From positions 21,885 through 85,884 of the forward strand of contig JANLIR010000002.1 in assembly GCA_024654025.1 (NCBI GenBank): a DNA stretch of 64,000 nucleotides. Direction: 5' to 3'. Made by a program: the position numbers and the translations under genes. The notes under the pieces are model-generated. The model worked only from the letters and a program-made list of their open reading frames with translations, was not told the DNA's origin and made no database searches. The DNA comes from Candidatus Wolfebacteria bacterium (GTDB lineage Bacteria > Patescibacteriota > Minisyncoccia > UBA6257 > UBA9933). Below are positions 46,875 through 56,000 of the stretch, in pieces. How positions within the stretch are numbered: position 1 is the first letter of the stretch; each line of letters begins with the position of its first letter.

Positions 46875-46993
46875 AGTTTTATAAATTTTAAATTAAAAAT
46901 TATTTTTTATGTTTTTCTATTTTAAGACCCAATTCTTTAAGTTGTTTCTCCTCAACTTCCGAAGGCGCTTCCCCCGTCAGTATAAGCTAACGC

Positions 46994-48466
46994 TTAACTA
47001 CGAGACTGCTCTTTATTAATAAGCTGTTCTTTGTTTTTTATTTTTATACCTAATTCATCTAACTGTTGTTTGTCTACTACTGATGGCGCTTGCATCATTA
47101 AATCCCTGCCGTCGCCGGTTTTTGGAAACGCCATTACTTCTCTGATATTTGGTTCGTTGAATAAAATAGCAAATATTCTGTCTAGGCCTAAAGCAATTCC
47201 GCCGTGGGGCGGAGCGCCGTATTTAAACGCTTCCAGCATATGGCCGAAATTAGCTTGAATTTTTTCTATCGGATAACCCAAAATTTCAAAAACTTTTTCC
47301 AATGCCTCGGACTTATGATTTCTAATGCTTCCGCCGCCAATTTCAAATCCATTTAAAACCACGTCATATTGCGTAGTTAAAATGTCGCCAATATTTTTTT
47401 TATTCATCAAATCATCCATATGCTCAGGAATTGGAGCGGAAAAAGGATTATGAGTAAAAGTCCAGCCAGTCGGACCACTATGCGACCCTTCGACAAGCTC
47501 AGGGCGAGCTTCATTGTTATCAACAACTCGCTCGAAAAACGGGAAATCAACTACCCAGCAAAATGCCAGTTCGTTTGGGTCATTTTTATCCTTTCTCAAA
47601 TCAGGGCGGTCGGTTCCGTAATTATCAACGGCTTCTTTATAAGAAAACCGCGGGAATGGAATTTGCTGGACTTTTTTATCCGGATAAAGATTTTTTACCG
47701 TCTCAATAAGCATTGATTCAATAACCTCCATCACGTCTTCTCTTTTAACAAAACTCATTTCCAAATCAAGCTGAGTAAACTCCGGCTGGCGGTCTCCGCG
47801 CGAATCTTCGTCTCTAAAACATTTGGCAACTTGAAAATACCTTTCAAAAGCTGAGACCATTAACAGCTGTTTATATTGCTGGGGCGACTGTGGCAAAGCG
47901 TAAAACTTGCCCGGCTGAAGCCGTGACGGTACCAGATAATCCCTTGCTCCTTCCGGAGTTGATTTGCTGATAACCGGAGTTTCAATTTCCACAAAATCTT
48001 TTTTAACCAAAAAATCCCTGAAAAAATTGATTATTTTCGCCCGATTTTTTAAATTTGAATTTAGCCGCGGCCTTCTTAAATCAAGGTAACGGTATTTCAT
48101 TCTCACATCTTCGCCGATATCGCGTCCGTCGGAATAAACATCTATGGGCAAATTTTCCGCTTCGTTTAAAATTTCTAAAGACTCAACTTGCACCTCCAAA
48201 AGACCGGTTTCCATTTCCGGATTTTCCATTCCTTTTGGCCTTTTTGCAATTTTACCTGAAACTTTTATAACCCACTCGGAGCGAAGCTTGTTCGCTAATT
48301 CATAAACCTCTTTATTGCTGGGCACAAAAACAAGTTGGGCCAATCCGCTTCTATCTCTTAAATCTATAAAAATTATTTTGCCGTGGTCTCGGCGAACCGC
48401 GACCCAACCCATTAATTCAATTATTTCGCCTTCTTTATTTAAAATTTCTTTAACTAATGTACGCAT
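46994..48466 (-). CDS. aspS: Aspartyl-tRNA synthetase, short (archaeal/eukaryotic-type, no GAD insertion)
   Basis: 490 aa; N-terminal OB anticodon-binding domain; class II motif 3 GAPPHGGIALGLDRIFAIL. Confidence 0.85.
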   Translation of the reverse strand: MRTLVKEILNKEGEIIELMGWVAVRRDHGKIIFIDLRDRSGLAQLVFVPSNKEVYELANKLRSEWVIKVSGKIAKRPKGMENPEMETGLLEVQVESLEILNEAENLPIDVYSDGRDIGEDVRMKYRYLDLRRPRLNSNLKNRAKIINFFRDFLVKKDFVEIETPVISKSTPEGARDYLVPSRLQPGKFYALPQSPQQYKQLLMVSAFERYFQVAKCFRDEDSRGDRQPEFTQLDLEMSFVKREDVMEVIESMLIETVKNLYPDKKVQQIPFPRFSYKEAVDNYGTDRPDLRKDKNDPNELAFCWVVDFPFFERVVDNNEARPELVEGSHSGPTGWTFTHNPFSAPIPEHMDDLMNKKNIGDILTTQYDVVLNGFEIGGGSIRNHKSEALEKVFEILGYPIEKIQANFGHMLEAFKYGAPPHGGIALGLDRIFAILFNEPNIREVMAFPKTGDGRDLMMQAPSVVDKQQLDELGIKIKNKEQLINKEQSRS

Positions 48467-48485
48467 ACCCCGTAGTAGTAGAAAA

Positions 48486-50606
48486 TTATTTATTGTTTTT
48501 CATCGCTTCAATATTTTGTTTTACCTTAGTATCGTTAGGCCAATAAGTCAAAATTTCTTCCCCTATTTTTTCAGCCGCCTGAAAGTCTCCTTTGTCTTGA
48601 TACGTCTGCATTAAACCATACAAAAATTGCGGCCTTCGTGGAGAATAAACCAGACCCTCTTTGTAATATTCAATTGCTTTATTTAAATAATTTTGATCGT
48701 TAAAACGCTCGCCGATTGTTAAATAAAACTGTCCCACGGTCATAAAATTTTGCGAGAAATTTCCGCCGTGACCAGACTTAACGATGGGATCAAAATATTT
48801 CATATTAAATTTAAGAAGTTCTTCGGCAATTTCACGCGGCAAATTCTGCTGTCCGCTTAAAATCCCCAGAGTCGCACTCCCCAACTGTTTCACGCTTTCG
48901 TCTTGCCCAACAGGAGAATAAAAATCCAAAACCGATGAAAAAATTTTTTCAAAACCATCAACGGTTACGCCATTTTGAATATTTCCCATCGTGCCAATCA
49001 ATAACTGTGATTTTTTGAAAGGTAAATACGCTCCATAATAGACAAAAACAATTACCAGCACAGAAACAAACCCTGCCAAAGCCTTTTTAATCAACGGGTC
49101 AAGCACCGTCTTTTTAACATCTTTTTCGTTTTGTAATTTTTGTTCCCTAAAAATAAAATTAGCCAGCGCTAAAAATAGAAAAAGATTTATGTAAATAGGA
49201 GTTACATCAAAAATAAAAGCTCCCTGCGCAAGATAAGCGAGCGGCAAAGAAAAAAATATTGCATTCGTAGCCGTTATGTTAAAATCCGAATTTAAAAACT
49301 TATTTTTACTTGTTTCTTTTGCCGCTTGGTGTCCTTCCTTAGAAGAAACTAAATGTTTTTTATATTTAAAAAATCCCAAATAAAAAACTATAAATACCGA
49401 CAGATAACTCAAAAAGCCTAGGATTCCCGTTTCGGCAAGATAATCAAAGAAAACGCTATGCGCCCTATCAAACCATGTCTCCGACCTGGAAGCGTCTGGA
49501 TTAAAATGCCGGGTATCAAAATATTTATCAAAAACCGCCGGGAAATTTTCCGCCCCCCAACCAAATACAGGTCTGTCACGCCAGCCTTTTATTGCCGCCC
49601 CCCAAGTCCACAACCTGGTTTGAGCGGTATCTTCTTTTAAAGAAATACTAAACAAACGGCTGCCTGGAATTTTCTTGACAAAATTCGAATCATTGAAATA
49701 AAAGAGTAGTCCCCCTATTAGCGCCAAAAAAATTAAAGCTCCGGAACTCCATGTTCGCCATTTTCCTTTTAAAGATAGGATCAAATAAACCACAAAGAAA
49801 AACACCCCGGCTATCAACCCAAGAAAAGCGCCTCTGGTCTGCGACCACCAGAAAAAGAAAAGATAAAAAACAACCAGCGGCAAAATAAAATATTTAGTCT
49901 TTCGTGAATTAGAAGTGAATAACAGATAAAAAGCGTAAAAAATTATAAAAAGCAAAAGCGGCGCTAAATAAGCCGGGTTGCCTAAACTGCCCGCAAACCG
50001 GTTTAAATTGAAACTTAATGGTCCGCCCATATAACCGTCAAAGGTGGTTAGCCAACCGCTTTCAATAAGCTTACCTGAAGCGTCTTTTGGCCCGATTATG
50101 CTACCTCTTTCGTCAAATTGCATACCGACATATTTTAATCCTGCGGCAACGCCGTATAAGATAACTAAAACAGCCACCACCATAAAAATCTTTAAAAGAA
50201 GCCTCCAATCTTTTTCATTTGTAAAAAGAAACGTTAAAAGCAAGAAAAATATATAAAAGAAAAAGAGCTGGACACCTCCTTCTCCTCTTTCAAAATTAGA
50301 CCAAAAAGAAAAAGACGGATTAATCCCCAAAAATCCCGCCAGCAAAAAAATAAAAACAAAAATCGAGACCGCTATAACTAGCGGTGATTTTAATTTTTCC
50401 AAAAGTTTTTTTCCTCCGCTATAGCCCGAATAAGACCCGAACCCCACCCCCAGAGCAAAGAAAATCAGAGACAAACCGATCGTTATCCTAAAAAATACAT
50501 ACTTGCCGACTATAAAAGGAAACAGCGTTGATGAAGAAACGATTATCAAGCAAAACGGCGCCACGTAAAGCAATATTTTTGATATACTAAAAAAATAATT
50601 TTTCAT
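48486..50606 (-). CDS. Wzy_C / O-antigen-ligase-family polytopic membrane protein with a C-terminal TPR domain
   Basis: 706 aa with about 12 TM helices and a periplasmic-loop region; the C-terminal ~150 aa have TPR-like repeats (...AIEYYKEGLVYSPRRPQFLYGLMQTYQDKGDFQAAEKIGEEIL). Confidence 0.6.
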   Translation of the reverse strand: MKNYFFSISKILLYVAPFCLIIVSSSTLFPFIVGKYVFFRITIGLSLIFFALGVGFGSYSGYSGGKKLLEKLKSPLVIAVSIFVFIFLLAGFLGINPSFSFWSNFERGEGGVQLFFFYIFFLLLTFLFTNEKDWRLLLKIFMVVAVLVILYGVAAGLKYVGMQFDERGSIIGPKDASGKLIESGWLTTFDGYMGGPLSFNLNRFAGSLGNPAYLAPLLLFIIFYAFYLLFTSNSRKTKYFILPLVVFYLFFFWWSQTRGAFLGLIAGVFFFVVYLILSLKGKWRTWSSGALIFLALIGGLLFYFNDSNFVKKIPGSRLFSISLKEDTAQTRLWTWGAAIKGWRDRPVFGWGAENFPAVFDKYFDTRHFNPDASRSETWFDRAHSVFFDYLAETGILGFLSYLSVFIVFYLGFFKYKKHLVSSKEGHQAAKETSKNKFLNSDFNITATNAIFFSLPLAYLAQGAFIFDVTPIYINLFLFLALANFIFREQKLQNEKDVKKTVLDPLIKKALAGFVSVLVIVFVYYGAYLPFKKSQLLIGTMGNIQNGVTVDGFEKIFSSVLDFYSPVGQDESVKQLGSATLGILSGQQNLPREIAEELLKFNMKYFDPIVKSGHGGNFSQNFMTVGQFYLTIGERFNDQNYLNKAIEYYKEGLVYSPRRPQFLYGLMQTYQDKGDFQAAEKIGEEILTYWPNDTKVKQNIEAMKNNK

Positions 50607-50691
50607 TTTATTCGATGCAAATTAATACGGATTTTATACAATTTTAATAATATGAATAAATCGTTTAATAGTCAACGCGCGCATACAATTA

Positions 50692-50725
50692 TCCGCATAA
50701 ATCCGTTTAATCCGTATTAATCCGT
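50692..50725. promoter_or_regulatory. Three tandem AATCCGT(A/T)TTA-like repeats plus an inverted copy at 50620-50630, in the promoter region of the Wzy_C-TPR gene
   Basis: CCGCATAAATCCGTTTAATCCGTATTAATCCGTG. The inverted copy is TAATACGGATT (50620-50630). Confidence 0.35.
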
Positions 50726-50730
50726 GAACT

Positions 50731-50754
50731 AAAATCCCCCTTTCGGGGGATTTT
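50731..50754 (-). terminator. Terminator hairpin downstream of the 1651-aa surface-protein gene
   Basis: AAAATCCCCC-TTTC-GGGGGATTTT perfect stem. Confidence 0.55.
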
Positions 50755-50768
50755 AGTTTCCGCAATTT

Positions 50769-53700
50769 TTATTGCGTTGCCTTCTTTAACTCCTGAAGTT
50801 GCGCCAAAAGTTTTGTTATCTTGGCTTCAATCTCTTGAATCAAAGTTCTTAATTGCTGAATTAATTGCGCTTTAGAAGATGCCTGCTCTGGCAATTGCGG
50901 AACATTCGCGCTTGAACCGGCTAAAAGTTGGTTAATTTTCGCCCGAGTCGCCGGCCCGACATCGCCATATCCAAGATTGCCGGATTTTGCGATTCCATAT
51001 TTTTCCTGAAATCTTTGAACAGCTCTTCTTGTGGCAGTGCCGAAGTATCCGCTTATTATTCCTTCAGGATAAACATCGCTGTCTTTTGCTAAAAATTCCT
51101 GCAGAGATTTTACCTCATTGTCGGTTATTCCCTGCATCAATCTCAATGTAAGTTTTTTAATTAACCCTGTTGGCAATGAAGTTTGCGCTACGCCGGTTAG
51201 CTGCGAAATTGTACTGGTAACAGACGTTGCCGATGAAGTGGCAGTAATAGAAGGAGTAAAACCTCCTCCGCCGCCGGAAGACAGAATTGATATCGGAAGG
51301 CCGCTGCCAGCAACAGCCGCTGGAGCAGCAGGCGTAGCGGAAACCGCGTCCGTCGTTGCCGCTGATTCGTTGTCATTGCTATCCAAAGCTGAAACTTTAT
51401 AGGAATAAGCCGTGCCGTTTGTTAATCCGGTATCCGTGTAGCTCGTTACCGTTGTCTGGCCTAAATACGGATAATCCGAACCGCTTAGACGATACACATC
51501 ATACTTGGTTGCGCCGGTTGAAGCGGTCCATGAAAGAGCAACTTGGCCATTACCAGCCGTAGCCGATAAACTTGTAGGCGTTGCGGGCGCAGTTGAAGTA
51601 GTGGAAATTATTGGCGCAAAAGTTGAAAAGTGGCTTGTTGTCCCTTTTAAGGTTAGGGATGTGAGCGTATCCCAAGTTGCGCCGGTTGGAGCAACTACTG
51701 GTGTTGTTGAAATTTCAGTCCAGTTGTCCGCTGTTGTATCCCAATAACCGATTACGATTTTATTCGCGTCAACCAAACTAGTAATACCCGCGCTAACTAA
51801 TTCCGCCTTAGTCAGCACAATTTCCATATCAACATTCTGGGACAAATTAGTAATTTGTTGTCCTTGGTTAGCGCCGCTTGAATAAGACGCTTCGATTTTT
51901 TTGCCTTTAGTTCCGAAAACTTTAACGTTGTTTTTATCGGGCACATCCATTGTATTTTGCACTGTTACCTGCGTCTGAGTTGTGTCCGATCCTAAAGCGC
52001 CCTGAGGAATATTTAATTTTACGTCATCAGTTTGAACAACTCCTCCTTGAGTCGGAGTAAACGACTGCGATGTCTGTTTAGCATCAAAACTTACGGCCTG
52101 CAGATTAACTGTTAAGCCCGCAGACGGAGCGGTTACGCTGATTGGATTAGCTGTGTTATACCCGTCGGCAATGGCTTGGACTTTCCACAAACCGCTTCCC
52201 ACATTTAGAGTAAAGCTGCCGTCTCCTTCTGACATTGCTCCTGCCCAACCCGTACTTCCAGTTTGTTCAGCCCAAACTCTGGCGCCTTCTATTGCCGTGC
52301 CATTATATTTAACATACCCGGTAATGCTTTGAGAATTTTGAGTTAGAGACAAAGACAAACCAGCGGTGGTTGTGCTTATTGATTGATTAGCCAATCTTGT
52401 CCCTAAAAACCCGGGCTTTCCAACTCCTATATCGTAATTCCCTCCCCTTAATTTCATTGAAAAAGTTCCGTCATTGGCAACTCTCGAGCCCCCGCCTCCA
52501 GCCGGACTAGCTGCCCAGACAAAGGCGTCTGTTGAACTGCCGGAAACCGTTCCTGAAACAACGTAAAAGTCAGTTGCGCTCAAATCTATAATTATAGAAG
52601 TGCTGGCGGTGATTGCCGTTGTAGTTGGAGTGATTGGTCCGAAACCGGGAATTCCTCCTTCAATGGTGTAGGTAGTTGAACCCGAAAAAGGAATTTGAAT
52701 GCTGTAAGCGTCGTAATCGGAGCCGACACTGGAAGTGGTATTAGTGAATCCTCCTCCTAAAGTACTGTGCGCGCCGATAAATACATTGCTGAACGTATTT
52801 TTTGGCTTCAGGCGAATTTCCAAAGTTGCGGTATTAACCGCGACGGTTACTGTTGTGCTGGCAGTCACCGCATTACCGCTATTTAACTGCCCTTTATAAA
52901 TTTCTCCCTGACCCATAACAGCGGCGTGAAGATAAAGATTAGTAAGGCCTGTTGTTGTTTTGAACGTAAAAGCGCCAGCGCTATCGGTTTTAGCCCAACC
53001 CATTCCTGGGCCGAATTCTCCTTGTGTAACCCAAGTATCAACCTGAGAAACACCGGAACCGTTTTTTGAAACCGTGCCGGAAATCGTAATAAAATTAGCG
53101 CTGCTTAAAGTAAAGTTAACCGTCGGGCTAGTGGAATTAGTTACCACAACATTTGTTTGTTCCGACAGCTGTCCGTATTCCTTACTGAATCCGCCGACAC
53201 GATAATTAGAACAAGGTGAAACATACATCTTGTAATAGCCTTGAGAATCGGTAAACGCGCTCCCTCCGCCAGGGCCTCCTGAACACCAGGCATTCAAATC
53301 CACGTTGGCAATCGCGTTCCCGGAACCGTCTTTAACGTAGCCGGAAATACTGCTCGTTGGCGGTTCTAATTTAATCGTTATCACCGGCGTGCTCGCGTCA
53401 AGCGCAAAAGCGCTACTGCTAACAACCACTATTTCTTTTTCAACTGACCCAGGCATACCAGGCCCGCCAACGCCTATTTTATAAGTCCCTTGGCTTGCGT
53501 AAAGCGAAAAGTATCCGGTGCTGTTAGGCATAGTCGCGCTGCCTTTTCCGTTTGCGATTGGCTGGTAAGCTGTTACCCACATCTCGTTATATTTACTTGC
53601 TGAAAGCGCGCTGCCGGCTCCATCAACAATTCTGCCGTAAATTTTTCTGTCAGCCGCGGTAAAAGTAAGGTTAGAGGTAATCGTTGTGGTGGAATCGGTT

Positions 53701-55724
53701 ATTTCAAACATCTGCCCGCTCGGTTCAATCAACGGCGAAGTGCTTGTCGTTGATTGAGAAGGCGGCAAATGCGCCTCAACTCTATAAAATCCATTGCTCG
53801 GCAAAGCAACGGCATAAGCCACCTGACAAGTGCTGGTTGTGCTGAAAAATGACGGCATCACGCCTCCTGGTCCCATTTGCGTATTTGTTCCTTGAGGCAT
53901 TGCAAACACCGCGATAGTTTTATTTCGTCCGTCAGCGTCGCAACTTGCTTTTGTTGTTATTGTGCCGGAAACTTTTCTGGTCGTCGCGCCTTGCAAAGTC
54001 AAAACTAGCGGACTGGAAGATGAAGTTCCTGATTGAATATTTGCGCCGGGAGCCGGCAAGCGAGCGCCAGTGGGGTCGTATGCCCAAACCATTCCCATAC
54101 CCGCAATATTATCTATTGTGTAAACTCCGGTGCTTGTGCTGAAAGTTATTCCCGAGCTCGCGGCTGTATAAACTTGAGGCCCGCTCATCCCGGCGATAAC
54201 CAAACTCACATTGCCGCTGGAAGTAACCGTAGAAGTACTCACTCCGGCTAAAAGATCAACCCGAACATTAAGAGGTCCGGAAATATCAAAAAAAGTATTT
54301 TGGTTCATATCCGACATCATTCCATCAGAAGTAACTATAGTGATCGGTCCGCCTTGGGCGCCAACAGGAACCGTAGCCGTGATTGAAGTAGCGCCCCAAG
54401 CAGTTGTGGAGGCGGGAATCGGCTGAAGCGGCCCAGTACTTGGGTCAAAACCTCCGGAAAACATCACCGTTCCAGTGTCAGTCCCAAAATTAGTTCCGGC
54501 AATTGTTACGGTATCCCCTACGGCCCCTGAAGTCGGAGAAACCGAACTGATTGTCGGAAGCAGTGCCGTAGAAACAGTGATACTGCTATTGGAATAAGAG
54601 AGAGGAAGATTGTTTGTATCAGTAACTCCCGAAATTGCCAAGCTTATAATCGCCCCTCCGGTTAAACTTAAGTTTTTAATAGTTACGCTATTGCCCATAA
54701 ATTCTATAAACGAACTCCCATAACCGCCGCAACTCAAAGCAGAACCGTTCAAAGTATAATTTGCGCAATTCGTGGCTAAATCTCCACGCAAATTTTTACT
54801 GGCGTTAATTACTATTTTATTAGTAAACGCGTTAACAGACGTAACTGTCGGCGGAGTCGAAGTAGAATTCGGAATAAATTGGACAAAACTACTCGTGGCA
54901 TTGCCGGCCGCGTCGCTCATCGCCAGCCACAAAGAAGAATAAAACGTGCTCCCGATGCTAAAATTAGCAGTCCCGCTAGCGCTAACTCCGCCCGTAGCTA
55001 TTGGCGCGGAACTCGTTGAAGTTGTGTAAACAGAAAGAAGTCCTTGTTCGCCAAGACCACCCGAACCGGTATCGGCCAAATAATAATTTCCACTGGAATA
55101 CGTAAGCGTTGCCTTAGTTGAATCAGGAATTTGCGAATGCGTATCAGCTACTACTTGAGCCGTAGTGGTGGCGCCAATTGTGGGAGAGTTAGCAGATGTA
55201 ACAACACTGCTTGTGCCTGCCGCGATATTTACCGTAACGCCCTGGCGGACAGAAGTAGTGGCTTCAGGATAACCATTGTCAGTCCATGCGTTTGAAGTTC
55301 TTAAAACCACAAAAAATGTTCCGGTTGCCGGCGTGGTTGTGGCGGCCGCGATGTTTATCCTTGTTGTGGTGGCTATATTAACGCTTGAAGTCGCTAACAA
55401 AACATCGGCTGGGTCAAATTGGAAATCAGAATTCGCGTCTTTATATACGCCTACCCAGTCAAAACTGGACGAAGCAACCGCGGTGCTTGTCGCGCTCGTT
55501 GACGTAGAAATCAAAACCGTCGTGCTTGATAAGGTCTCGCCAGCGGTAATGGATAATTCAAGTCGTAAAACAGGAATCATTGATCCTGCTTTTACCGTGC
55601 TTGTCGCGCTGACCAGCGCCGTTGAAGTGCCGGTTACCGCGGCCTGCGCGTTATTTAATAAACCGACCGTAAAAAAACTGGCGACTAAAAAAATCGCCCC
55701 GACAAAAAAGAATTTTCTAAACAT
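50769..55724 (-). CDS. Giant (1651 aa) Thr/Ser/Gly-rich cell-surface protein with Cna-B-like domains, an Fn3 domain, a PG_binding_1 domain and a C-terminal coiled coil
   Basis: Signal peptide; repeated GYVKDGSGNAI...-type beta-sandwich modules. Fn3 is at ...LSWTASTGATKYDVYRLSG.... The peptidoglycan-binding domain is ...LMQGITDNEVKSLQEFLAKD...GYFGTATRRAVQRFQEKYGI. The terminal heptad coiled coil is QLIQQLRTLIQEIEAKITKLLAQLQELKK. Confidence 0.6.
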   Translation of the reverse strand: MFRKFFFVGAIFLVASFFTVGLLNNAQAAVTGTSTALVSATSTVKAGSMIPVLRLELSITAGETLSSTTVLISTSTSATSTAVASSSFDWVGVYKDANSDFQFDPADVLLATSSVNIATTTRINIAAATTTPATGTFFVVLRTSNAWTDNGYPEATTSVRQGVTVNIAAGTSSVVTSANSPTIGATTTAQVVADTHSQIPDSTKATLTYSSGNYYLADTGSGGLGEQGLLSVYTTSTSSAPIATGGVSASGTANFSIGSTFYSSLWLAMSDAAGNATSSFVQFIPNSTSTPPTVTSVNAFTNKIVINASKNLRGDLATNCANYTLNGSALSCGGYGSSFIEFMGNSVTIKNLSLTGGAIISLAISGVTDTNNLPLSYSNSSITVSTALLPTISSVSPTSGAVGDTVTIAGTNFGTDTGTVMFSGGFDPSTGPLQPIPASTTAWGATSITATVPVGAQGGPITIVTSDGMMSDMNQNTFFDISGPLNVRVDLLAGVSTSTVTSSGNVSLVIAGMSGPQVYTAASSGITFSTSTGVYTIDNIAGMGMVWAYDPTGARLPAPGANIQSGTSSSSPLVLTLQGATTRKVSGTITTKASCDADGRNKTIAVFAMPQGTNTQMGPGGVMPSFFSTTSTCQVAYAVALPSNGFYRVEAHLPPSQSTTSTSPLIEPSGQMFEITDSTTTITSNLTFTAADRKIYGRIVDGAGSALSASKYNEMWVTAYQPIANGKGSATMPNSTGYFSLYASQGTYKIGVGGPGMPGSVEKEIVVVSSSAFALDASTPVITIKLEPPTSSISGYVKDGSGNAIANVDLNAWCSGGPGGGSAFTDSQGYYKMYVSPCSNYRVGGFSKEYGQLSEQTNVVVTNSTSPTVNFTLSSANFITISGTVSKNGSGVSQVDTWVTQGEFGPGMGWAKTDSAGAFTFKTTTGLTNLYLHAAVMGQGEIYKGQLNSGNAVTASTTVTVAVNTATLEIRLKPKNTFSNVFIGAHSTLGGGFTNTTSSVGSDYDAYSIQIPFSGSTTYTIEGGIPGFGPITPTTTAITASTSIIIDLSATDFYVVSGTVSGSSTDAFVWAASPAGGGGSRVANDGTFSMKLRGGNYDIGVGKPGFLGTRLANQSISTTTAGLSLSLTQNSQSITGYVKYNGTAIEGARVWAEQTGSTGWAGAMSEGDGSFTLNVGSGLWKVQAIADGYNTANPISVTAPSAGLTVNLQAVSFDAKQTSQSFTPTQGGVVQTDDVKLNIPQGALGSDTTQTQVTVQNTMDVPDKNNVKVFGTKGKKIEASYSSGANQGQQITNLSQNVDMEIVLTKAELVSAGITSLVDANKIVIGYWDTTADNWTEISTTPVVAPTGATWDTLTSLTLKGTTSHFSTFAPIISTTSTAPATPTSLSATAGNGQVALSWTASTGATKYDVYRLSGSDYPYLGQTTVTSYTDTGLTNGTAYSYKVSALDSNDNESAATTDAVSATPAAPAAVAGSGLPISILSSGGGGGFTPSITATSSATSVTSTISQLTGVAQTSLPTGLIKKLTLRLMQGITDNEVKSLQEFLAKDSDVYPEGIISGYFGTATRRAVQRFQEKYGIAKSGNLGYGDVGPATRAKINQLLAGSSANVPQLPEQASSKAQLIQQLRTLIQEIEAKITKLLAQLQELKKATQ

Positions 55725-55928
55725 TTTTTTAAAAACCGCGAACTGAAAATTATTTGCTTATAATTTTACAGATCTACGACTCTTTATTATAAAAAACAAG
55801 ACCTTTTTTATTTTAAAAAAACAAAAATTGGGAGATAGTTTCTCTTAGTTTAATTATACAATATTTAAGGAAATGGAAATTGTGGATAACTATTTAGATA
55901 CGGACAATCTGCATTGGTCCGTGAATTC

Positions 55929-55952
55929 AAAAACCCCCTCTCGGGGGTTTTT
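55929..55952 (-). terminator. Bidirectional-looking rho-independent terminator after the 1084-aa gene
   Basis: AAAAACCCCCTCTCGGGGGTTTTT. Confidence 0.7.
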
Positions 55953-56000
55953 GAATTGGTCGGTTATGCGCTACCGACAAACTCCAATCAGTTATTCAGG

